From Macrostomum hystrix (taxonomy: Eukaryota; Animalia; Platyhelminthes), in the NCBI GenBank assembly GCA_950097015.1, contig CATNEN010000003.1, positions 10,044,001 through 10,108,000 on the forward strand: a DNA stretch of 64,000 nucleotides, written 5' to 3'. A model generated the notes under the pieces. It was not told the origin of the DNA and did not search any database. It saw nothing but the letters and a program-made list of their open reading frames with translations. The position numbers and the translations under genes were made by a program. The first letter of the stretch is position 1; every line of letters starts with the position of its first letter. This document shows, piece by piece, positions 26,995-38,448 of the stretch.

Positions 26995-27302
26995 CGACTG
27001 GCACATCATTTTGTGACAGTAGGCCCGCAGCCAGCGAGGAGGCAATTCTGCGCATTTCGCTGATTCCTGAGCACACACGCGCACAGACCTGTGTACATCT
27101 GCCCTGACTTTCTCATCGTGGACTCTCACTGTGCCTTAGAGGTTGGCCCTTGGTCGTTGGTCGTAAATTGCACGACAAGCCCCCAAACCTTCTCTCCGCG
27201 GCTGCGCCCCAAACGAATGCGGCTTCGCCGAGGAATCGAGCTCAGGGACCTTGGTGCGAGAGGCAGACGCGTTAGACCGATCATCTAATCACCTATCCCC
27301 CC
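26995..27302 (-). mobile_element. tRNA-derived SINE (family 1)
   Basis: Reverse-complement homolog of 28788-29150 with a B-box-like GCTCGATTCC. Confidence 0.8.
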
Positions 27303-28559
27303 AACAGGAGATGTAAGATTGAGTAAATTTTTCTCTGCTATGAAATTTCCTGACTTTTTCAAAAAAATTCAGTAGAAGAAACTCGAAAGAATCCGAATTC
27401 GAACAACTGACCTCCAACAGGCTCTCTTCAACGTCCGAATCGAGCCGGCAGTCGCTCTGGAAGCCGCATTGAAGCTTGGCCAGTTCCCGATGCGTCTTCT
27501 GTATCAACTTCAACTGTTCGCGGCGCCATTTGAGGGTGTAGCCGTAGGACGTCGGTGATTTTTGTGATCGTAATTTAATTGAAAGACCAACCCTGGGGAA
27601 AGACTACGGGGTATTTCAAATACCCACTGCGAGATGTAGCCATTTCCACCATATGCGTTTTAGTGCACCTAATTAATTACATAATTGATTAATTGATAAT
27701 TGATTATAATTGATTACACCTGCCCCAATTGGGTCAAGATGTGCAGCCAACAGCACCAGGCTGTGGTGTTGCAGTCGCCTAACAATTGTTAACTTAATAC
27801 ACAATTGTTAACAAAGGAACAATTTGTGTCCTTTAGCAAGACACTTAATTCTGCATTGCTTCAGTTCACCCAGCTGTTAAATGGGTACCAGCATCAGCTG
27901 GGATAATTGAAGGTGGGTGTGGCGTCCCCCCAGTCCATGGGCTGAACAGCTATACTCGCAGACCAAACCAGAGCTCTAACAGCCAACCGAGCTATAGATT
28001 CAATTATTAGACAATAGACATTAGTCTTGAACCACAGTACATCGGACAAACCGGATAAGTATTTCAACCTTGACTGCTTCTTACTTTATACCGATTGCTT
28101 ACCACCTTTGTGATTGCCTGAATACCATCAGTAATACGATTGGAAATATAACAACTAAGAGAGGGTTTAACACCGCTGGAAACCTGAGTCGAACTCACCG
28201 CTCATTGACCTAAATTAGGATATACTGTGAGCTCTCCTTTCTCGTCGATTAAGGTCATTACATCGGTTTAGAAAAAACGCATTGTACATGAGTAATGTTT
28301 TTACCATAAACTAAAGTCTAGTGGTAAATAGCCCCAAAAATCAAGTATCTTGATTAAAGGTATCTAAAAAACTTTTTACTAACAAATCCATCAGCAAATG
28401 AACAGCAAACCCCTATACTCAAATTTGGCTTTCAGTATTTCTAATAATAATAATAATTAATAATCAGATGTGCCGTGCCCTCATGCAATTAGTAATTACA
28501 TGCAATTTTATTAGGCAGTCTTAAGTAATATCGCTAAATTTTAGAAAAACCGAAGACGA

Positions 28560-30672
28560 CATGTTGTAAAGCTGGACAACACGGACAAATTCGACTCTCA
28601 GAGACGCTGTGCCAACGAATAGATTCGGCAGACACAGCTAAGGCTGATGAAAATCGATGCCGAAAGACTGCCAGCCAATGAGCGAGCTTGGCGATTGCAG
28701 TTTGGAAAATCTGGTTTTCGATTTTAGTTCTTAGCAAGCATGCTGCAACTTACTCAGACAATTCGTACCTGAGTAATCACGAGAAATGGGGCGTGAGTTG
28801 GCAGAGCTGTTAACGCGTCTGCCTCTCGCACCAAGGTCCTGAAGCTCGATTCCTCGACGAGGCCACCTTCATTTGTGGCGCAGCCGCGGTGAGAAGGCTT
28901 GAGGGCTTGTCGTGCAATTTACACCCTTAGAGGGCCAACCTATAAGGCAGTGAAATATACATCGCCCGATGATGAGAAAGTCAGGGCAGATGTACACACC
29001 TGTGTGAGAGTGTGCCTGCGTACAGTATCTGTGTGCGTGTGTGCCCACGAGTCAGCGAATTGGGCAGAATTGCCTCCTCGCTGGCTGCGGATCTAGTGTC
29101 ACCAAATGATGTCCCATTTCCCGCAGCCCTTCTGCAGTTATTATTCTTATTAATAATATTTATATTATTAATCATGACTATCATTAGATAAAAATACTCG
29201 TATACTCGTAATGCGTCCTGGATGACAATCATCGAAACTATTTACCCAGGCTATTTTAATTAGCATTGGCGACGGTCAAGATCGAGTGACAGCTGCTACA
29301 AAAACCGCCGAACAAATGATGCAGCGAACTATACCTGCCCCTACCGGGTTGGCCGTCAAGTTGCTCAGTTGGTCCGGGCATGGTCGGAACTAAACGTGCT
29401 GATAAGCCGGCTGGAAACGAACGAAGACGATGACGGTGCAGACGGGGACAGTGGACGCAACAAAGGAGTGGGGAATTGCTTATGGATGTTTATTATTCGC
29501 TAATCTATATTGCTACAAGTGATCGATTGAACTGACTCGTTGCATCCAGAACCAGCACCGCCGGGGATATTGGCCGAGATGCGAACAATTTGATCTGCAG
29601 ACACCCTTCCGGAGGATCTGATTTCAATTTAACCGGACTTGTAGGCGAGATGCAGCGTCGATCGGCTGACAATGAACCAGATCATCGAAATGAGCATGGC
29701 CGCCCAAATGATGAAAGGCAGCGTCGTTGGGGAAGGAACAGGGTAAATTGTTTCAAGACCTGTCTCCGTTTAACCGATGAACAGAATAAAAGCTAGCTTA
29801 ATTTTTAATTCTTAGAATCACTTCGAGAAACGACGTCCATATAGTGGCAGCGATTGTGACTTACAGCAACAGCGAACCTCAACTGAGCCTGAAAGCAATG
29901 CCGACGACAATTCGGGACGTGAAAACAATGGCAGGAAACACTGTCAGCGAGGCCATTGGCGGCGAAGGCGGGTGGGCAGGTACGACAGAAATTCATTTCT
30001 TGTGAAGGTATAAGTTTTAATGGCGCTGTTTATCTGCATTATTTTCTGTTTTCGCCGTCAGAAAATTCGTCACTTTAATTGCGGCCATTGGGAGAAGCTC
30101 GACCAGCAGGCTTCAGCTCGTCAGTGAGCAGCGAATTCTGCTCCCAGTGCTGGCCGTTGACAGCTCAGATGCAGCGGGATTCCCTATTTAGCCAGCCCCG
30201 GGGCAAGGACCAAATCAAACGCACAATTCTATCCGAGAATGACCCCGAAACCTCATTGGAATATGTCCAAGTGCTTGATCGAGTCACACCATTTGTTAAG
30301 CCTGAGCACAAGATGACCGTCAAAATTCGAAGCATTGAACGAATTGAAAATCAAATGCTGGATAGACGAGTGTATCACATCTACGATCAGCTGATTAACA
30401 AAAAATGGTGAGCCAATATTACTGATCCACGGCACTTAAGGTGAAATCGCTATGAAAATTATTTAAGAAGGATTCAAGGTACGATTCCCTGTTTAAACCG
30501 AATCAATTAACTGTTTTGTATTTACTTATTTTACTCTTGACCATATAAACCATTGTTACAGGTCGGCACCAAACGCATGAACGGAGCGGGGATCTACTTC
30601 GCAACGGACACTTGTAAGAGCGCCCAGTATGCCAGAGATAGCGGTGTGAAGACCCTACTGCTGTGCAATGTA
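28560..30672 (+). pseudogene. PARP cluster copy 3 (pseudogene)
   Basis: Spectrin-like remnants CANE*IRQTQLRL (about 28610) and RQVAQLVRAWSELNVLI (about 29350). FNCGH...FCSQCW and VKPEHKMTVKIRSIERIEN follow. LIHGT*GE..II*EGFK carries stops, then an 83-bp intron (30479-30561) and GAGIYFATDTCKSAQY. Truncated after LLLCNV. Confidence 0.85.
28788..29150 (+). mobile_element. tRNA-derived SINE (family 1)
   Basis: A-box-like TGGCAGAGCTG, B-box-like GCTCGATTCC and a TTA-rich tail. Other copies at 26995, 33575 and fragments at about 18460 and 32865. Confidence 0.82.
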
Positions 30673-33574
30673 GGCCCACCCAGGTGAAGATTGAGATGTG
30701 CGCCTTACCATGAGCAACTTGTGCAACTACGTTTACAGAACTATGAACTGATAGACTACTCAAGCATTACTTCATGCTAAATATATATAATTCATTGTGT
30801 CTGTGTCTTAAGTGGGAGCGTTTTCACGCAGCCTCATTTTGCTTGGCGATATGAGATGAAAGACTTGTTGGGTTGTCTATGCAAGTTAAAAGTAAAAAAG
30901 ATATACCCTGTCGAACTGCTTGCAAAACGATGTACGTATAGTGTTAGGTTCTTGACCTACACCATGCAGCTTCACAAAACCTAACAACGATACTGCGAGA
31001 CTCGCAGCCAGCGATATAGCCTTCGTTTTTTTGTTTGATTTCTTATTCGTACACCTTTCATAGTTTCTTTGTCTGATGTATTGGGTTAAGTCTAGAGGTT
31101 ATGGTCTACTGATGTAAGAAGGCTACGAGTGTATAGCTTGGCGCACCTAATCCTTATCGACGGAGCTGGCAAGATTTTGAGTCAAATGAATTTTGAGAAC
31201 ACTTAAAATTCTTCTCACAACTAGATGGGCTCCAAATTGAGCTCTGTTTGCCGGGAGGTGCGGTACAAATTGCGTTCCGCTCCGCCTTTTATTATATTTT
31301 CAAAGTTCTCCCCCTCCCGGAGTCCCCATCAAGACGATTGATGAATGGGGACGCAACCCCGATACTAGCGCATTGCTTTCTGCTGGCTGGGCATGCAAGC
31401 CGCCCCTATCCTGAAGGGCGTGGCGTCGCCCTCAGCGTAGCAGCTGTTGCATTGACGTGGCGTTGCGCTGCAATGAAACGGGGGGCATCCTTTTATTTCT
31501 CTTCTGTGTAGCCTACTCTCGTTTCCTCTAGCGCTTATTTTAGCCTGTAGATCAAGGACTACTAAACAACACAAAAAGCGAGGAGGCAACTGTCGTGGAG
31601 AGTCGCGGCTGAAGAGTCGCATAAATTCTTTAAAAAGCAGAGATCAGCCTATATAAAGTGCTAGAGAAAATTTCCGATGTTGTATTTTGAATCCAGATGG
31701 AAGAAGGCGGCGTTTTCGAAGGGGACGTTTTAATAGCTCATTGAGCTCATCTAACCTCAGTGCCGAACTCAGTAAAGTCTGCAGAGCAATTAATGGAAGG
31801 GAAGTCAGCCAGTAACAAAAAAGAAGAAGAACACCTGGGATTGAAAGTTAAGTGAAGCCAGCCCGAAGAGTTGGAAGAACAGTCATCATCTGAAAATTAG
31901 TGAATAAACTGTCAATATTATCGAAACGAAGTCGGTGAAACAGGCGGAGATCAATTGGAAGTTGGGGCAGAGGTTGAAATTAGAGGCACGACCTCAGTGA
32001 GTGATTCAGAGACAGAGAGCATGGAAGGTAGAATTAAAGCGCGAAGTCGAGGAGAGGATTACTTCCGAGGAGAACGCCACCTAAGAAGGAGAGCCTATAA
32101 ATGAGGATAAAATGTTCAGCCAGTCCACCATGCAGTATAACACGAGTAGACACGTCAGACCCCCAGCCGGGTCTACGACGTTTGCCACCCGACGTTAATC
32201 TCTACTCCTTTCCATTTTCCCTTCTTGCAAATATTCACGCTGTCTGTTTTAATACACCAATATGTGATCTCCAAATAAACGCCCAATTTTTGTGTCGGAT
32301 GCACCTTGACTTTAGTTTTAGTTTTAGATTGAGTTTTCTGGGAATTTTTTATGTATTAGATATTAGATACTACTTATAGTAAAACACGCCGACATGAAAA
32401 TGGTTGTCTCGCACTTTTTAAAATTCATAAAAGAACCTAGTAGGTCATTTCTATGCCCAAATCCAATGGTGCCCAAAGTATACTTTTTTATACAGCAGTA
32501 GAGCCGCTGTTTCAACATTTCTACTAAAAGTAGAATATGTTGTCGTCAGTAAATTTAATCAACTCTATAAAATTTCTGAAGCAAATCCTAACTTTGTTTT
32601 CAATATAATTCAGAGTAACTAGAATAAATAAAGCTACTGATAAAATCTGTGCAGTATAGAGACTGACATACACTGCAGTGTGTGATTTTTTGTTTTATCA
32701 ACTCCAAGGTCAGACTAAATCGTTTCAATTGTTTTAAGCCGGCAGATATCGAGAGAGAGAGCTCAAGGCGCAGAGAATCTCTCAGAAGGCACTTCAGTGG
32801 TCTTTACGAGAGTTATAAACTAAGAATACTTTATTCTATTTAGGCTGTTTGTCTTTTTTCATAAATGTCCCTGTGTGCTCAGGATTCAACGGAATTGTCA
32901 GAATTGCCTTCGCTGGCTGAGGGTCTACTGTCACTAACTGATGTGCCAGTATACGTTCACCAATTAATTTCGATTGTAGTTTCAAGAATCAGCATCAGCG
33001 ATCTTGGTGCTACTGTACTCCTGGGCTGTACTGGCAGAATGAATGATGTTATTGTCTGCACTCAACTAAAGCGAGAAGGCTGAGAGACAGGGAGAGAAGA
33101 AGACAAATGAGTCTCGTATGCAATGATTGCTTCGTTTACATTGTGGCCAAACAGGTGGGTACTTATCTAAACTTTTTTTGACGACAAAAACTTTGCCAAA
33201 GTTAGCGACCGACAATGGGCAACTCACATGCGCGATACCGGCAGAGTCGACAAGGGCAAATACGTAGACCGTCTGCCGAGTAGGGTAATTAAACATTTGT
33301 CAAAAGCCTAACAAATGCTGATTGTTAGGCATTAATATAATGTATATGGATTCGCAGCTTGAGAAGTGTAACATTTCCCAGAATTCCAGCATCTCAACCA
33401 GGCCTTCTGTCTATCAGTGCAGACTAATTCGATGCGGAGTGTCAGAGTGCAAACGATTGGATTAAGGAGACCAACCTGAGGCTTATCGAGCGGCAGAATG
33501 CCCAGATAAGGAATGAAGCTGATTTACCTTCCCGACTGCAGGTACGCCAGCTAATTGCACACGTAATAAATAAA

Positions 33575-33905
33575 AATAACAATAGTTGCAGGGGGCTGTA
33601 GGCAATGACCCATCATTTAGTGACACTAGACCCGCAGCCAGCGAGGAGGCAATTCTGTCCATTCCGCTGACTCCTGAGCACACACGCACACAGATACAGT
33701 ACGCAGGCACACGCTCACACAGGTGTGTACATCTGCCCTGACTTTCTCATCGTCAGGCAGTGTACACTTCACTGTGCCTTGGAGGTGGCCCTCATCGGCG
33801 TAAGTTGCACGACAAGCCCTCAAGCCTTCTCTCCGCGGCTGCGCCCCAAATTAACGTGGCCTCGCCGTGGAATCGAGCTATGGGACCTTGGTGCGAGAAG
33901 CAAAC
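33575..33905 (-). mobile_element. tRNA-derived SINE (family 1)
   Basis: Reverse-complement homolog of 28788-29150. Confidence 0.8.
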
Positions 33906-34145
33906 TCAAACTCTGCCACGGAGCTGAACTGGTGAACTGGTGAACTGCTGAACCAATTGCAGGCAGGGGCAAATTATGAATGTGACGTCACCATGCCGGT
34001 CGGCGATGACGTCATGCGAGCACCCAATGCGCAGATACGCCTTTGAGGAAGTCTTTATAATTTTATGCCCGCGTGTAAGTACATTTATAGAGAATTGTAT
34101 TCAGAAAAAATTGAGTGAGAATTGGTGTGACTGTATGCTAAGGGG

Positions 34146-34600
34146 TCTGAAGAGGAGCCAGCGTGTCACCTTGCAGGACACCAGAGCTTGTGCTGAACTC
34201 CTCAGTGGGGCCGTCGCTCGTCTGAACAAACGCCCTGGACCAGCAGTACAGGTCCATCACTGCAGTTACCAATGCAGGGGGAACGCCGTAGTAGGACAGC
34301 AGCCACGCGATCGCAGGCCTGGACACCGAGTCGAACGACTTGCGGAAGTCCACGAAGACAATCGACACAGCGCGTTGGCGCGGGTCTTGCAGGCCTCGAT
34401 GATTGAGCGGATGGTCGCAACCTGCCCTGTGGTGGACCTGCCTGGTCGGAAGCCGCTCTGTAGACTCAGCAGAATTGGGTTCAGGCCAGGCAGGAGGCGG
34501 TTGCGGAGCACTGCATTCAGCAGCTTCGCGGTGGTGCACTCCAGTGCGATGCCGCGCTGGTTGTCAAGGCTGGTGGATGCCCCCTTCTTCAGCCAACGAC
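34146..34600 (-). mobile_element. Non-LTR retrotransposon reverse transcriptase fragment (RTE-like), frameshifted
   Basis: QSGFRPGRSTTGQVATIRSIIE, IVFVDFRKSFDSV and GVLQGDTLAP occur across two frames. Confidence 0.88.
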
Positions 34601-35067
34601 TGAAATGCAGTCGGTGTGAGAAACCCGCGATGGAAGTCTCTACCGGGCTTGTGGACTCAGGATTCCGCTCAACCTCTGCTCTGCCAGTGACTGCTCAAAT
34701 TCGGCACTCTGCTCTTTCGAACCAATCAATAAACTACAATCGAATTCAGCGACACGTACGCTCGCACTTTCCGGTGCTAACACTCAAAACTCTCCGGAGT
34801 ACAATGGAATTCTCAATAGAGTCAAACAGTTTATGCAAAATGAGTGTATTCTCAATATGAGAATTACGAGTATTAACATTGAACGGATTGAAAACCCGAT
34901 GCTAGATAGGCGAGTCTATGCGTTCACAACCAGCTGGTGAAGAATTGTGTTGTGCGCTACCTCACGTGAGCAGGTTGAGTCGATAATCAAGGATGGATTT
35001 CAGGTAAATTTTTCGTATAGACGTTCATTAAATTCAATACTACTTTTTGTATCCTCAAATTCCGAAA

Positions 35068-36890
35068 GATTCCTAAATCGTCAAATTCCTTCATCGTCAG
35101 ATTCCTAAAATCGTCAGATTCCTAAATCGTCAGATTTCTAAATCTTCAGATTCCTAAAACTTCAGATTCCTAAATCGTCAGATTCCTAAATCTTCAGATT
35201 CCTAAATCGTCAGATTCCTAAATCGTAAGATTCCTAAATCGTCAGATTCCTAAATCGTCAGATTCCTAAATCGTCAGATTCCTAAATCGTCAGATTCCTA
35301 AATCGTCAGATTCCTAAATCGTCAGATTCCTAAATCGTCAGATTCCTAAATCTTCAGATTCCTAAAACTTCAGATTCCTAAATCGTCAGATTCCTAAATC
35401 GTCAGATTCCTAAATCTTCAGATTCCTAAATCGTCAGATTTCTAAATCTTCAGATTCCTAAATCGTCAGATTCCAAAATAGTCAGATTCCTAAAATCGTC
35501 AGATTCCTAAATCTTCAGATTCCTAAAATCGTCAGATTCCAAAATAGTCAGATTCCTAAAATCGTCAGATTCCTAAATCGTCAGATTCCTAAATCGTCAG
35601 ATTCCTAAATCGTCAGATTCCTAAATCGTCAGATTCCTAAATCGTCGATCAGATTCCTAAATCGTCAGATTCCTAAATCGTCAGATTCCTAAATCTTCAG
35701 ATTCCTAAATCGTCAGATTCCTAAATCTTCAGATTCCTAAAATCGTCAGATTCCAAAATAGTCAGATTCCTAAAATCGTCAGATTCCTAAATCTTCAGAT
35801 TCCTAAAATCGTCAGATTCCAAAATAGTCAGATTCCTAAAATCGTCAGATTCCTAAATCGTCAGATTCCTAAATCGTCAGATTCCTAAATCTTCAGATTC
35901 CTAAATCGTCAGATTCCTAAATCGTCAGATTCCTAAATCTTCAGATTCCTAAATCGTCAGATTTCTAAATCTTCAGATTCCTAAATCGTCAGATTCCAAA
36001 ATAGTCAGATTCCTAAAATCGTCAGATTCCTAAATCTTCAGATTCCTAAAATCGTCAGATTCCAAAATAGTCAGATTCCTAAAATCGTCAGATTCCTAAA
36101 TCGTCAGATTCCTAAATCGTCAGATTCCTAAATCGTCAGATTCCTAAATCGTCAGATTCCTAAATCGTCGATCAGATTCCTAAATCGTCAGATTCCTAAA
36201 TCGTCAGATTCCTAAATCTTCAGATTCCTAAATCGTCAGATTCCTAAATCTTCAGATTCCTAAATCGTCAGATTCCAAAATAGTCAGATTCCTAAAATCG
36301 TCAGATTCCTAAATCTTCAGATTCCTAAAATCGTCAGATTCCAAAATAGTCAGATTCCTAAAATCGTCAGATTCCTAAAATCGTCAGATTCCTAAATCGT
36401 CAGATTCCTAAATCGTCAGATTCCTAAATCGTCGATCAGATTCCTAAATCGTTAGAATCCTAAATCGTCAGATTCCTAAATCTTCAGATTCCTAAATCGT
36501 CAGATTCCTAAATCGTCAGATTCCTAAATCGTCAGATTCCTAAATCGTCAGATTCCTAAATCGTCAGATTCCTAAATCTTCAGATTCCTAAATCGTCAGA
36601 TTCCAAAATAGTCAGATTCCTAAAATCGTCAGATTCCTAAATCTTCAGATTCCTAAAATCGTCAGATTCCAAAATAGTCAGATTCCTAAAATCGTCAGAT
36701 TCCTAAAATCGTCAGATTCCTAAATCGTCAGATTCCTAAATCGTCAGATTCCTAAATCGTCGATCAGATTCCTAAATCGTTAGAATCCTAAATCGTCAGA
36801 TTCCTAAATCTTCAGATTCCTAAATCGTCAGATTCCTAAATCGTCAGATTCCTAAATCGTCAGATTCCTAAATTGTCAGATTCCTAAATA
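35068..36890. repeat. 16-bp tandem satellite ATTCCTAAATCGTCAG, about 110 copies, in the intron of PARP copy 4
   Basis: Tandem units with recurrent variant blocks are visible directly. Confidence 0.97.
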
Positions 36891-38448
36891 TTAAAATCGT
36901 TAAATCTGAAATCTGACATTCTGAAGGGTTTTATGGACTTACATGTTATTTATGCCGACTCTCAATTCTCCAATGGCACCTACGGAGAAGGGATCTACTT
37001 CGGGGCTGACGCGAGTGGCAGAGCGCGCTCTTCCAAATTGAAAGGCGACAAGATCAATGCCCTTTTATTCTGTGAAGTTGTGCTTGTCAAGTTTATGATC
37101 TGTCGCCAGCCACGGCAGGGACTTTGTTTGTTTTAGTTTGTTTTACTATTTTTAATTATGTATATCGTTTTTTATTGAAGTGTGATCTAGATATACTCTT
37201 GAATCTCAATTAAACTTCTATATATTTTTTAAACCTGTTTTTATAAATACACAGATCTCGTGAACGAATTGATATAAATTTTTGTAAAGGAAAATTTTAA
37301 CAAATACGCGAAAATATTTAAGCAGTTAAAACAAAAATCGCTACGCTTACACGACTGGTTAGAAGCCAGAAATTTTAAGAGAAAAATATACAGAGACATA
37401 TTAATTAATGAGCTTAGTATAGCTTGATATCTAGCATAGTCTCTTTGCTATGTACATTTGAATGCCTGCCGAAGTACATATCATGACTTAGACATTACAG
37501 CATTAATTATGCGTCAATTTTCTATAAATAGTTTTTAGTATGGATCTTAAATTAACGAAAATGTACAGTAACAATGCGACAATGACCGTTTAGAATTTAA
37601 CAAAGGCAAAGTTTTCATTTTTAATACGATGTTTAAATTGTTGTTTTTTACAACAAAAATAGAATTTAAACAAAATGAATATTTAATGACAATATAGAGC
37701 ACAAAGTCCCAAGGTGTGTGAAAAGTGCTTAAACAGACTCCAAGTTCTTTTCCTAAAGTTTTAATGTACAACATTGGATATACGGTTATTGTATTTTTTG
37801 AATTAATATTGGTAGACGACACTGACTAAAGTAAAAATATAACAGTTAAAAATAAAATTTTTACTGAAAGCTTACTTACAATATCTATGTTCTTTTTTGA
37901 AATTTAAGCAATGAAAAGCAGAAACAAAACTAAAAGCTCGACAGGTGAAAGTATAAATATATGCGTCAAACGAACTACAGCAGGTGACCTATTAGAAGTT
38001 GGAAGTGCTAAATAATATTCGATTGACTCAAAAGTACAGGAGAATGCAATGATATTATATTAGAATCTGTCTTCCAATCACAGATATGGATAAAAAGCAT
38101 CAAAATTATTTTTCATATTTTAAGGAAAATTTTAAGGAAAATAACAGTGCAGCGCGAGGTCAAGACTAGAAGTATCAGTTACTGAGTTAGTGTGCACTTT
38201 TTAAATGTAATTCTTACACTAGAAAGGGGGTAAATCGTTTACTTGATAATAAGTAGCCATGTTGAAAACTACGGTTATATATCAAGGATCTAAGTTCACA
38301 ATTATGGGCGCAAGGTTACTTCAAATAAACTGCTTTATAATCGTACGGAGACCGGTACAAAAAATCCTGGTACAGTGTAGTAAAAAGTGCATTTTTGTTA
38401 TCTAACTTGCTTTCGTTCTGCAGCTGACCTGCGATTGACGCCAGCGAC

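Larger units (their letters stand above)
33430..37120 (+). pseudogene. PARP cluster copy 4 (pseudogene) interrupted by a SINE, a LINE fragment and a satellite
   Basis: SANDWIKETNLRLI exon ends CAG|GTACGC at about 33541. EYNGILNRVK...IERIENPMLDRRVY at 34790-34920. The HGT motif is lost. SIIKDGFQ|GTAAAT at 35004, then GTYGEGIYFGAD...LLFCEVVL at 36974-37090. Confidence 0.78.

Noticed and set aside
31250-32200. GC-richer, purine-rich stretch resembling a decayed exon or TE
   Set aside because: No sustained reading frame or recognisable motif.
33976-34860. 294-aa plus-strand ORF
   Set aside because: Mostly the antisense of a LINE RT fragment joined to part of the PARP pseudogene.
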